From: Chiloscyllium plagiosum
Taxonomy: Eukaryota
Assembly: GCF_004010195.1 (NCBI RefSeq)
Contig: NC_057719.1
Span: 31,856,883 to 31,876,945, forward strand
Direction: 5' to 3'
Length of the DNA stretch: 20,063 nt
The notes under the pieces are model-generated. The model was not told the origin of the DNA. It saw only the letters and a program-made list of their open reading frames with translations, and did not search any database. Positions 1 to 10,339 of this stretch are shown one piece after another. The translations under genes and the position numbers were made by a program. The first letter of the stretch is position 1; each line of letters opens with the position of its first letter.

Positions 1-944
1 CAACATTAGCACATGGATATTGAGTCCATAGCATCCTGTCATCAATGCAGCTACTGGAGTTGGCAACACACGACAATGTGTGATCAACGGATCAACGGAA
101 CTGAATTATATGATGCTGAAGGTTGTAAACCAGTACAACTGCAGTCATCTCCTATATTTATATCATCTTGTCTCTAAGGGCTTTGGAAGCCATTAGTGAG
201 GAAACATATAAGGAGTAGGTCAATTGACATGTAATATATTACATCCAGGACTGCTTGCACACAAAAAAAATTGATGGGCAAAGTAACAGAAAAACCAAAA
301 CCAATAAATATACCTGTGCAAAGTGGTTTAAACACTTTTCAAAACCACTTTATAATGAATATTTCAGATTCTAAACCTTATGAATTACACATGGCAGCTA
401 TGCTAAGTATCAAGTAGATGACAGCATTTTCTATTTTTGGAATAAAGTTCATTAATTTCTAATGAAGCTGGAACAGGAGATGCCACTGTTATACTGTGTA
501 GATCTAAGTCTAATTTAGATAATGTCATTCTGACACTTTTTGTTAGTCTTGCTTTCTATCATTCAGACTGCTTTCATTTATGAATAAATTGCATTCATAA
601 ATAAGCTTCCCCAAGACGTGTCAATCAGTGACAATGGATTCTGCAGAAGCTGTCAGTGAATCAGAACCTAATTTTCTCATAATCCAGTTGAAGCACATGC
701 AAATGCCCAAAACATTTAGCACATTATATTCCATTGAAACCTCTGTATTTAAACTTGATCATATAATAAGCCATCAGCAATTATTTCATACATGTAACTT
801 GAGACTGGCACTTCTTTATGTTGGTAACCAGGCGTGAAAGTAAAAAATTGATTTGTCAGCATGCGCTGGTGTCTCTCCTTTGCAAACAATGGAAAGAACC
901 AGAGACTGAATTTTACCTGTAACTGAAATATGGACACAGTCAGA

Positions 945-1002
945 TATCCCATGACACCAGGTTATAGTCCAACAGGTTTATTTGAAATCACAAGCTTTCA
1001 GA
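945..1002 (-). mobile_element. Penelope-like retroelement terminal fragment (short relic)
   Basis: ACACCAGGTTATAGTCCAACAGGTTTATTTGAAATCACAAGCTTTC resembles the abundant shark Penelope-like terminal repeat as I recall it. The minus strand keeps the GAAAGCTT half of the hammerhead motif, while the CTGATGA/stem II part is lost. Confidence 0.65.
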
Positions 1003-1159
1003 CATCACAGAGGTACATTAGTTCATCTCTTAGTTTATTGACTAGACTCACTGTGTGTAGTGTCTATATCCCTCTTTAAATTAGATTTGTGCTTTTGGGT
1101 TTGAGATGGAGCAGAGAAGTAAGGTAGAACCTTTTTGTATAGTGAGACAGAATGACTGG

Positions 1160-1534
1160 AAACTCCTCTCTTGACTCTCCAAAGTCTGTCCACCAACTAT
1201 AAGGCATACGTTAGGAGTGTGATGGATGAGTGCAGCTCAAGAAAAGGCACTCAAAAAACTTGACAGCATCCAGCACAAAACAGTCCACTTTATTCACAAG
1301 TATCCACTTCCTCTACCACTCCCTCAGTAGCATCAGTGTGTACTATCTACAAGGTGCAATGCAGAAATTCACCAAATGTCCTTACACAGCGCTTCCCAAA
1401 CTGATGACCACTTCCAAGTAGAAGGACAGCAGATACATGGGAAAATCACCATCTGCTCGTTCCCCTCCAAACCACACATTATCCTGACTTGGGATGTCTT
1501 ACAGCAACATATCCATATCCTTCATTGCTGACTG
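1160..1534 (+). mobile_element. CR1-group (CR1/Zenon-like) LINE, decayed ORF2 C-terminal fragment
   Basis: Degenerate coding for post-RT motifs of the type SLSTxYKAxVRSVM..., LKKLDSIQHK... and LYH...VASVCTIYK.... Also carries the CACCATCTGCTCGTTCCCCTCCAAACCACACATTATCCTGACTTGG segment typical of this shark LINE. Frameshifted and internally deleted. Confidence 0.75.
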
Positions 1535-1575
1535 CTAATAACCAGTCAGCAATGAAGGATATGGATATGTTGCTG
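1502..1575. repeat. Perfect inverted repeat: 33-bp arms, 8-nt loop
   Basis: 1502-1534 CAGCAACATATCCATATCCTTCATTGCTGACTG is the exact reverse complement of 1543-1575. The loop is CTAATAAC. Confidence 0.98.
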
Positions 1576-1689
1576 AATTATAACAGTGTTAAAAACTATA
1601 ATGGAATAAAGCAGTGCTTTGAGCCTTGGTGGAGTTACTGCATGACAGTCAGCAAGTAAGCAGCCCTTAGATGCCTTCTGGTCCAATCT

Positions 1690-2170
1690 GTGAGCTGGAT
1701 GTTGGTCCTGCTGCATAAAGGATCATTGCAGCAGAATTGCAGATACAGTCGCCAGTGCACTCCATACTGCAGCAAACTATGGTGTAAGTATATCAATGAC
1801 ACATTTCGTATGCCAGCATCCGTGAACATAAGGTTCACATGGCTGTTGCCCATGGAGTGTTCCCTGAGATGTTGGTGCTGGATGTCCAAGATGGCAAGTG
1901 GTAAACTGGACTCACCAGGTACCTGCTCAGAGATTCACGTCAGGCAATCTCAGTGTTTCCTTGCAGCGAGTGGTTGGATAGGAGACTGCATGTTAATGAG
2001 ATGTGTATTTAATAGGCTGACAACAAGCAATGATCCCCTTAACAGAGATCTCGTTATTGCCTAGTGGGAATTTTGTCTCATTGCCTGGATCTCTGTTGAA
2101 GAATGAAACTGACCATTCCTGACATTGAGAAAGGCCTCACTGGAGTTCTCACATGATTCTCCCAGATAGT
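1690..2170 (+). mobile_element. Possible highly decayed PIF/Harbinger (HARBI1-like DDE) transposase relic
   Basis: ORF 1690-2064 has, in order, LLHKGSLQ, CKYINDTF..ASVNIRF, PGTCSEIHVRQSQ and GWIGD. These echo the Harbinger transposase motifs FxxGSFQ, CIxxVTxxL...YIxF, PGSxHDxxILRQS and GWLLGD. Spacing is compressed by deletions and catalytic residues are degraded. Confidence 0.4.
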
Positions 2171-2214
2171 CCGCATAGTTCAGGCCCCAAAAAGGTTTCA
2201 CTCAAGATGATTAT

Positions 2215-2390
2215 ATACTGGAAAAATTTGACCTGATTAGAGAGAACCAATATTGATTTGAAAAATATAGGCCATGACTAATTAACCTAACATAATTTTC
2301 CAGGAAATTACTGAAGTGCTGGCAGGGAAATGCCCTGGGGGTAGCTGAGATAAGCTTCCAGAGGACATTAGATAAGGTTCTATGTTTGTT
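2215..2390 (+). mobile_element. CR1 LINE RT fragment, highly decayed
   Basis: Degenerate version of LIRESQHGF..GRSCLTNL..FFEEVT...AVDV.YMDFQKAFDKV (e.g. CTGATTAGAGAGAACCAATAT and TTCCAGAGGACATTAGATAAGGTT). Confidence 0.6.
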
Positions 2391-2429
2391 GAAACAGCAA
2401 GGTGAAGGTGTATTAAGTTATATAACATA

Positions 2430-3800
2430 TAATACAATACAACATAACACAGGAATAGGCCCTTCAGCCCATCAAACCTGCACTGATTTCTAATCTTTAT
2501 TTTGACTCGCTATTTACTACCCGTGCATGATAGCTATCTCTCTGTTCGCTTCATGTTCATGTACACATCAAAATACACTTTAAATGTTGCTAACATCCTG
2601 CTTCCACCACTTCCATTTAAATTTAACACTTCTCATGTATTCCCACTAGGCAATAACGAGATCTCTGTTAAGGGGATCATTGCTTGTTGTCAGCCTATTA
2701 AATACACATCTCTTTTGGTGAACACAGATATGAAGCACTCGTTAAGGATCTCTCCCATTTTCTTTGGCTCCACACATAACCTCCCTCTTTTATCCTTGAG
2801 TGGGTCTATTCTTTCCCTAGCTACCTTCTTGTGTCTAACATATGTATAAAATGCCTTGGGATTTCCTTAACTCTGCTGGCCAAAGACATTTCAGAGGCCC
2901 TTTCAGCCCTCCTAACTGCCCATTGAGTTCCTTCAACTTTCTCTATATTCTTCAAAGACTTCATCTGTTTTTAGTTGTCTGGCCCTTAGGTATGCTTCTT
3001 TTTTCGACTCAGCTGATAATTTTCCCTGTCATCCAAAGCTCCTGAATCCTACCGTTCCTGTCCATCATCTTCATAGGAACATGCCTGTCCAGCACTTTAA
3101 TCAACAGTTCCTCAAGAGACTCCCACATGTCAGATGTGGGTATACTCTCAAACAGCCACTCCTAATCCACATTCTTCAGTTCTTGCCTAATTTGTTTATT
3201 GTTGGCTTCCCCTAATTTAACACCATTGTCCAACGTTTACTATTGTCCTTATCCTTAAGTATCTGAAAACTATGAAATTATGGACACTATTCCCAAAATG
3301 CTCCTCCACTGACACTAAAAAAACCTTCCTAGACACACTTAACAAATTGCCCCCATCCAAACCCTTGCAGTAAGGGAGTCCCAATAAAATGGGAGAAGTT
3401 AAAATCACCCACCAAAACAACCCTGTTATTTTCACATCTTTCCAGAGTTTGACTACATATCTCTTCTTCTATCTCCCACTGGCAGCTGGGAGGTCTGTAG
3501 TACAATCCCAGAACTGTGATTACACTCTTCCTATTCCTGAGCTGTACCCATAGTGTATTGGTGTAAGATCCCTCCAGGGTGTCCTGCCTCCACGTGCTCC
3601 TGAACCAAAAATGCAATTCTTTCACCTTCTTTGTCTCCTTCTCTATCTTGTCTACAACATCAATATCCTGGATCATTCAATTGCCAATCCTGCTGCTCTT
3701 TCAACCATGCCTCTGTGATAGCACCAACATCAGAATTGCTTGTATTAATCCAGGCTCTAAATTAATCTGTTTTACATGTTATACATCTCGCATTGAAGCA
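2430..3800 (-). mobile_element. CR1/HER1-type LINE: APE endonuclease region joined to a 3' tail; RT domain missing
   Basis: Minus-strand ORF 3329-3676 has the CR1 endonuclease motifs LWVQLRN...LGLYYRPP and VVLVGDFN. Decayed ORF2 linker sequence continues to about 2640, then CR1 3' end sequence with the tail (CACAGGAATAGGCCCTTCAGCCC on +) at about 2430-2615. Multiple stops and frameshifts. Confidence 0.88.
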
Positions 3801-3842
3801 TAAGTTGTTGATGGATTAGTAGAAGATGGTGTGTGAATGCTT

Positions 3843-3952
3843 CTGTGGGTCAGTGGTAGTGTCCTGGCTCTGAGCCAGGAGGCCTATCCTCAAGTCCTAC
3901 TTGGTCCAGAAGTGTGTAATAACATGTCTGAACAGGTTAATTAGAAAAAAAA
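3843..3952 (+). mobile_element. tRNA-derived SINE, decayed
   Basis: A-box-like TGGGTCAGTGGTAG, a tRNA-like middle (CTGGCTCTGAGCCAG), a degenerate B-box (TCAAGTCC) and an A-rich end. Confidence 0.6.
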
Positions 3953-4027
3953 TCAAGGAGATGGAGAAGCACATTAATAGGATTGTATTCAAGTTAGAAT
4001 GAATTCACAAGTGGTATAATGCTGATG

Positions 4028-4148
4028 GATAGATAGATTAGATAGTAGATTACTTACAGTGTGGAAACAGGCCCTTCGGCCCAACAAGTCCACACCGACC
4101 CACCGAAGCACAACCCACCCAGACCCATTCCCCTACATTTACCCCTTC
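4028..4148 (-). mobile_element. HE1 SINE / HER1 3' tail, 5'-truncated
   Basis: TAGATTACTTACAGTGTGGAAACAGGCCCTTCGGCCCAACAAGTCCACACCGACC is the reverse complement of the HE1/HER1 3' stem-loop tail with (TCTAA)n/(TCTA)n repeats. It is homologous to the 3' part of 19573-19861. Confidence 0.88.
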
Positions 4149-4389
4149 TCTTCAGCTATTTAACAAATTTAATGTTGACTTAAGTAACAGAATAGAAAGG
4201 CATGTTTACTGATAATATCAAGATTAGTAAATAGTAAGTCAGGTAGATGGAGGCATAAGGTAACAAAGAGACAATGATAGATTAATTGAGTGGGTAACCA
4301 TTTATTAAAATGATGGATTTTAATGACAGCTAAGTCTGAGGTAATAAGTTTTTGACAATAACAAGAATCGATACCAGTGTTAAATAGCA

Positions 4390-4785
4390 AAACTGCAGGA
4401 ATTTTGGAGATTTAAAGAGGTTTGGAGATTCATGTGCACAACCAATAATGTACACAACAGCAGCCTTGTATCTTTCTGCTGTTTAGTGACTCTACGACAA
4501 TGTGATGTAACCTTCAAATCAGAGCAAGGTCATTTAGAAGAGGAGTTGACTTCTTTGCTCAATTAACGGAACAGTATGGAACAGTCTTCCAGAAAAAGCA
4601 GTGAATGCGATGTCAACTAATGCAATTAAAATTGCGATTTTTTAGATTTTTGCTAGACAAGAGTATACAAAAACAATTGGAACCTGCATGGAAGGATGGA
4701 AATAAGATACAGAAGAACCTTGATCTTATTGTATGGAGGAACAGACTTGAAGCACTGAGTTGACTCCTCTTGATCCTGTGCTTCT
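4390..4785 (+). mobile_element. CR1 LINE 3' fragments, decayed
   Basis: Degenerate RDLGIHVH-type coding (~4415-4440), WNSLP-type TGGAACAGTCTTCCAGAAAAAGCAGTG, and a CR1 3'UTR (GATCTTATTGTATGGAGGAACAGACTTGA...CTCCTCTTGATCCT). Confidence 0.6.
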
Positions 4786-5012
4786 CTGTAGCTATGTGGC
4801 AACAGATATTTTCTATTTCTGTCTGTTAGTACATGTTACAGGCAATCGATGTTTCAAAAGACTCAATGTTATTATCAATAATTATCCATGTTATTATCAA
4901 TAATTAATTCTGCTGAGTCAAATAAAAGGGTTCAAGAGGGGGTTTCTCTCTGTGGAAGATCAATTTTTTGCTCTAATAAAGCCAACATTCGGCTAACATT
5001 CATTTCTTTCAG

Positions 5013-5140
5013 AGACAAAAATAGAAATTGCTGGAAAAGCTCAACAGGTGTGGGAGCATCTGTGGAGTGAATTCAGAGTTAATGTTTCAGGTTGAGTGAG
5101 CCTTATCAGAATGGGATTCGGAGGAAGGGTCAATCGAGTT
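5013..5140. mobile_element. Penelope-like palindromic terminal element: one arm plus start of the second
   Basis: AAAATAGAAATTGCTGGAAAAGCTCAACAGG...GCATCTGTGGAG...GAGTTAATGTTTC, clearly homologous to 15856-15925 and 11930-11998. Confidence 0.75.
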
Positions 5141-5287
5141 CTTTCGGTTTTTATTCATTTCTCTCAGTTTGAAACATTTTGTAATTTCTTCAGCTGAAAC
5201 TAAAACCAATAAGTTAGGAAGTTTTGAGTCTGCTGTCCCCAGCCACAACATTTTTCCCACTGTTAGATCATGGAAATAATTATAGCT

Positions 5288-5365
5288 CAGCCCGAAATGT
5301 TGATTTTTCTGCTCCTCGGATGCTGCCTGACCTGCTGTGCTTTTCCAGCACCACACTCTTGGCAC
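5288..5365 (+). mobile_element. Penelope-like terminal fragment
   Basis: GCCCGAAATGTTGATTTTTCTGCTCCTCGGATGCTGCCTGACCTGCTGTGCTTTTCCAGCA is the same family as 10813-10903. It keeps the GAAA half of the hammerhead core. Confidence 0.75.
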
Positions 5366-7273
5366 TGAAGTGGAAGACTCTAGACTAAATCTTTGTTGTT
5401 TCTTCTAATGTTTTACACTGAAGGTCAGTACATACGGGGTGGTATTTGGGGGAATGTGATTTTACAGATCCTGTAAGGATGTGAATTGCGATGTTTGGGA
5501 TGCCTTAATTAAGTGGGATATGAAATCTTTGTTGCCTGATAGTGGGTTGAAACATATGACAAACTCAGCAATGTGTTTACTTCACATTACATTCCAGGAA
5601 TACTCAGTGGCATGAAATGTTTTTATTTAAATTCAAAATACAATTAGTGGCCCAATAGAATCTTGACTCACGTTTGATTAAAGGTGGTGATCACTCTTAT
5701 AACTGGGCAAGTCCTTCACTTTTTACAATGTTGAATATCTTGGATGGTTATGTAGATTCCAATCATTCTTGCTGGTATTAGTCTAGGGTACTGACCCGAT
5801 CCTGATGAATGATAAATAGATTTATGACTTAATAGCTTGCTACATTTCATCTACGATACATAATTGTTTCTTGTGAGACATTAAGCTCAACCTAAGAGTA
5901 AATACAGAAATTTAGCTAAATTCTGTTAACACCAAGAACAACCACTCGAGCACACCCTGGAAACTGGTTAGCTTCAGCCAAGAATCATCTTTTATATCAT
6001 GGTGACTGGAGGTCATCTCGTGATGTCAGTTAATCCTTTCAGGTCCTAGTTACCTAATGTAACATGCATTGATCAGCTTTGTTTAGTTGTGTATCAGGTC
6101 AGTAGTTTACCTTATCAACGAGAAAAGGGATCAGGCTAATGGCAGCTTGAATGGAGATTCTGAACTGGCAAGCTTGATTCACCAGTGGGAGGGGTGTGGT
6201 ATAGGGTCAAGGGGTTTGAGAAGAGGGAACAGCCTAATGGTGTAGGGATGGTGGGTACAATCTGTCCAGCTAACAAAATGAAGTGCCTAAAGGGCAGAGT
6301 CAGTACTGTGGGTCTATCTTAGGATGTTGGCTGGTAAGTCCTTACAGGGCTTTTGAGTTCAGCTAAAATTCTTTCCACTTAGACTGACATTGGATGCACA
6401 ATTTAATAATGCACAAAAGGGAGGGTCAATGGCATATAAATGTCCTGAAAAGTGGAGAGTGCAACACTGCACACTAACATGACATTCACTGAAGAGTGAA
6501 CAAAACAAAACATTGTTTCTCCAACAACATAGGACATGCCCCTAACTCCTTTGTAACGATTAATGCATGCAAACCATGAGGTGTATCAGCTTTTAGTTTT
6601 ACACCCTCTCACATTCTTTTGTTTGTGCAGACTTTTGAAGTCATGCAGTTTAGAAAGAAGATTGCAGGTCAGTCTATTTAAGTCTGTAACTAAGCCAGTC
6701 ATAACAAAAAATGGTGATGCATAGAAGTGAAACCAACATAAAATGAAAAATTTACAAGTGAAATTAAATTTTTAAAAATATCTACTTCGGCTTTATGCTC
6801 TCAGGCCTTGTGTTAATGGAAATGGAGTTGACAGGAAAGTTTTGGCCAGAATACAGCACCTCTCTGTTTGTCCAGAATCTCCGATATGATCGACTCGTAG
6901 TTGCAGCAGTGTCAAATGCTGCGATTTCATCACTGAAAAGCTTCACCACCGCAGACTCCATCAGATTTCACCTGAATGACAATCAAACGTTAAACATTAC
7001 TTGCAATCATCTTAGAACTAGCTAAAAGCGAGAGAGCAGAAATGGCTATAGACCTCAGGTTATGCTATTGGGAATAATTCCTCTTTATGGGTGGAATTGG
7101 CCATTATAGAATCTAAGTTTGGCATTAGGTGTAGAAGAGTGTGTGACTGCTGCTTGGCAGTGCGGGCGCTGAGGGGGTTAAGTGGGTTGGCTTTTCTTAT
7201 CTGATCATTCAACGTGTTAAATATGAATGCACGAGCAGCTTGGCGAATCATATGCTGGGGTAGAAATGATGTT

Positions 7274-7328
7274 CCCCACTCCCCCCCCCACCTCCCCTCA
7301 CGTTCGCCCCCAACTCGCGCCCCCCCCC
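7274..7328 (-). repeat. C-rich low-complexity tract (G-quadruplex-capable on the minus strand)
   Basis: Five runs of 4 or more C within 55 nt. Confidence 0.7.
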
Positions 7329-10159
7329 AAAACAATTGGTACCTTTTGGGGTCAAAGTTCCTGGTGCAGTAATGACAAGGGAGTTGGACAGCCAGTCATT
7401 CCTGGTCATTCTCTGTGAGCCAGGGACATCATTTGGGCTGACAGGATGGATGCCTGCAGCTGAACAGTCTGGTCCTTCTAGCTTGTCCAGTCAGCTTGCC
7501 TGATGTTCACCCATGGTCAGCCTCCCTGATCTGTTCCCATTACAGTACAACATCTCTCCCTCGGCCATCCTCTGTGCCCTGTGCTATGTACTACTCTTGA
7601 CACTTGATCTCCATCATGATATGGCATAGATGAACTCTGCCTGAAGAGGACAATGCACTGGCTCTCATTACAAATGCCTGCTAGTACAGTATCTCTCCTG
7701 TTGTCTGCTTCTATAGGCAGTTGGGAATCTAAAGGCATATTTGCTTGCTCACCCCAGAAGAATATAATTGGGAGGAGGAACTCTGTCCTGGTGAGCTGTC
7801 TTTATAATGAACATGCTTGATGTGTAAAAGGGCTACCTGAGGCCTGCTTTTAATTGCAAACAATCAACTTGCCATCAGTAAAACCTGATTTTCGGCCTCT
7901 TACCTGCCTTGTTTCCAGCTCCTGGGAGCAGTAAAAGATTATATAAAGCTCAGTAGCATTCAAACATTTCTTGCAAAAGATTCTGAATTGAATATTTGTT
8001 TGATGCTATAAACACAATATTGAATTTATGAGGTCTTTAGATGCAGTCTCCTGATATCAAAGCCAGTCAGAATATTTGGAAATTGTCTGGTCACTATAGA
8101 CTTCTTTTTCACTCTCTTCATGTGCAGACCTTTAAGTGAGGTTTACCATTCTCTGATTAGGCTAGTTATGTGGAAGCACAGACTCATTAGTGTTTGCTTT
8201 ACAATGTATCCCATTGCTCTGGATCGCAAATATTTTGATTTAGTTTGTGAAAGCACCTATACTTGCCTTACACTTGTTCAGGCATTCACTTTGCAAATAA
8301 TCACACCACTCGTTAAGAATGAATAAGAGCCTAGTGTGTTTGAACTGCGAAGTACAAAGTCTCTACCTAAGGCTTTTCAAAAACATCGTAAGACTATAGA
8401 TCTCAAAAGTTTATTCAAATGCAAAATTTTTCCTTTTTCTGCAAAATGAAATCTGTAATGTTCAAAGAGATCTCCAGGGTGTTATTTTCTTTCATTGCCT
8501 AAAGCTAAAATAATAGAATTTTTCATGATTTAAATTGGAGGTTTATCCCATAAGGGAGATAGCAATGTCTCATCCATAGAACTTTAATCTTCAGAAAATT
8601 CCCAATCTCTTGGAGAATCATCTGTGAGGGAAAGGCCACAAGACTTTTAATCTTGTGGTGTAGAGCTTTTGCTTTTTATGGAATAGCAGTTTGTTGTTCA
8701 ATCAGAAGGCAGTTGTTATGATCATGGGAAAGGAGTCAATTGGCTTTTCTCTTGCCAATTCAGTGTGTGTTTAACTGCCTTTCTGCTGTGATTATATAAA
8801 AGGCACAGTAAGTCTTTTTTTAAGAGAAAAAACATATCTATTATCGTACTTAAACAGGCCTAAATACAATAACAAAATACCACTCTGACTTTCTCATACA
8901 TGGTCATACTTGGAAGTTCTCTAAAAAGCAAATAGATTGTAGTGTTGAGAGTATCAATTAAGCAAGATAAAAGTCCAGTCAAATTAAAGGGCTATGTAGT
9001 TTCTGAAGGCTGGCTTCAGACTTAATTCAATGGCCCACTACATCAGTTATCCTGATGCTTTTCATGTCAAAGCAATTTAAAGATGCAGAAGAACCGTTTA
9101 TCCGTTCTTCTGGAGACAGTCATGTTAAGTTGATTTCTTTCAAAGAGCTGTGTGTAATGACGTCGGACGCAGTCACAATTGGCAGACAGTTATCAAAGTG
9201 TTGTAATGTTGGTGCAGAGGGAGCGAGAGAAAAGAATGAACCTATTCTGGATCTTGTTCCATTGGTGTCTCACCTGCTTCTTATGTTAAAAGAAAATTAC
9301 TTAGAGGATTTCAGCTCTTATCAAAAATCATTTTGACATAATACACGTTTTCATGACACAGTAGCAACTTGGGTTCTGTTTTCATTGCACTTGTTTGGTT
9401 TTACTGTATTGAGAGGTTGGCAACTTTATCTCCCCATTCATGCTGTTGAAGTGGCGGATTCTATTTTAGAAATAGGTTAACCTGCAGATATAAAAAGTGA
9501 ATCCCTGCTTCAGGAAAAAGGTCCTTTTTAATGTGGAAATCAGGGCCACATATCAGTTAAACCCTAAATGCTATTTTTTTGATGAGAACTGGCCTGCCCT
9601 CAAGATCAATTGGCACTAACAAGTTTGAGGCCTGGCTATTATAATTTGACAGATGGTGCCAAACTGGCATCAAAATGCATCTCACTATAATTAGGTCTCA
9701 AAACTAGGCTGTGTGCAGAATAAAGGGAATACTATCTTTATGCTAAGTTTAGCTGCTAAGGAAATGTGAAAGGAGTTATGTCATAGTGACATGTAGAACT
9801 GGAGACTGAGTCTGTAAGGTTCCAGATTACGTCCTCTTTTATCATTTTCTGTACATAATTATATTCCATAAAGCCTGCTGTTGTTCACTTACAAAGGTTT
9901 ATATCTCACAGGGCAGAGTGCCTAAATGTGTAGGAAAAGTGTTTTGTGATCATAGTAGCTCTGTTAAGTGGCATGGGCACAGATAATTTTAAAAGCCCTT
10001 TAATCAAATTAATATTTAGGTCCTTTTTTATTTCAGAAGACCTTAATTTCTATATATGAGGGGCCTATTGCTTGAAATAGGCAGCACTTTGGGCACTTGG
10101 CATCTTCCATAAAGTCACTGACAGCATTGTTTGAATTGAAGGGATGTTGGTGAGGTTAC

Positions 10160-10330
10160 TGACCTTAGACAGCAAGCACAAGGAGATTAGGTTGAGCTTG
10201 TCTAAAACACTAGTTAGACATCAGCTGGATTACATGTACAATATGGGTGTCTGAGTTCTGGATGAATGTGAAAGCAATAAACAGAGTGCAGAAGAGCTTT
10301 GCAAGAATTGTTTCAGAGATGAAGATCTAC
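10160..10330 (+). mobile_element. CR1 LINE copy A, 5' piece (ORF2 C-terminal region)
   Basis: Degenerate K..IRLSLSKTLVRHQLDY...VKAINRVQKSFARIVSEM, resembling CR1 LYKTLVRPQLEYC...ALERVQKRFTRM. Confidence 0.7.
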
Positions 10331-10339
10331 CTGAACCAG

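Noticed and set aside
82..97. 8-bp tandem duplication GATCAACG x2
   Set aside because: Ordinary slippage-scale duplication.
170..315. Minus-strand acceptor-like TTTGCACAG followed by hydrophobic reading frames (possible transmembrane terminal exon)
   Set aside because: T-rich sequence gives hydrophobic translations in every frame, and there is no recognisable homology.
749..952. Minus-strand 67-aa ORF, or a 6-nt microexon TTACAG at ~917-922
   Set aside because: The start lies at a TE edge, no domain is recognisable, and the splice signals are ambiguous.
4866..4906. Direct repeat ATGTTATTATCAATAATTA x2 with a 3-nt spacer
   Set aside because: Simple local tandem duplication with only two units; not CRISPR-like.
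7400..7945. GC-richer stretch resembling decayed shark DNA-transposon sequence (likewise ~5960-6380 and ~9480-9780)
   Set aside because: Too diverged to assign a family or boundaries by eye.
9055..9336. 93-aa plus-strand ORF
   Set aside because: No recognisable domain or convincing splice signals; length is within chance expectation.
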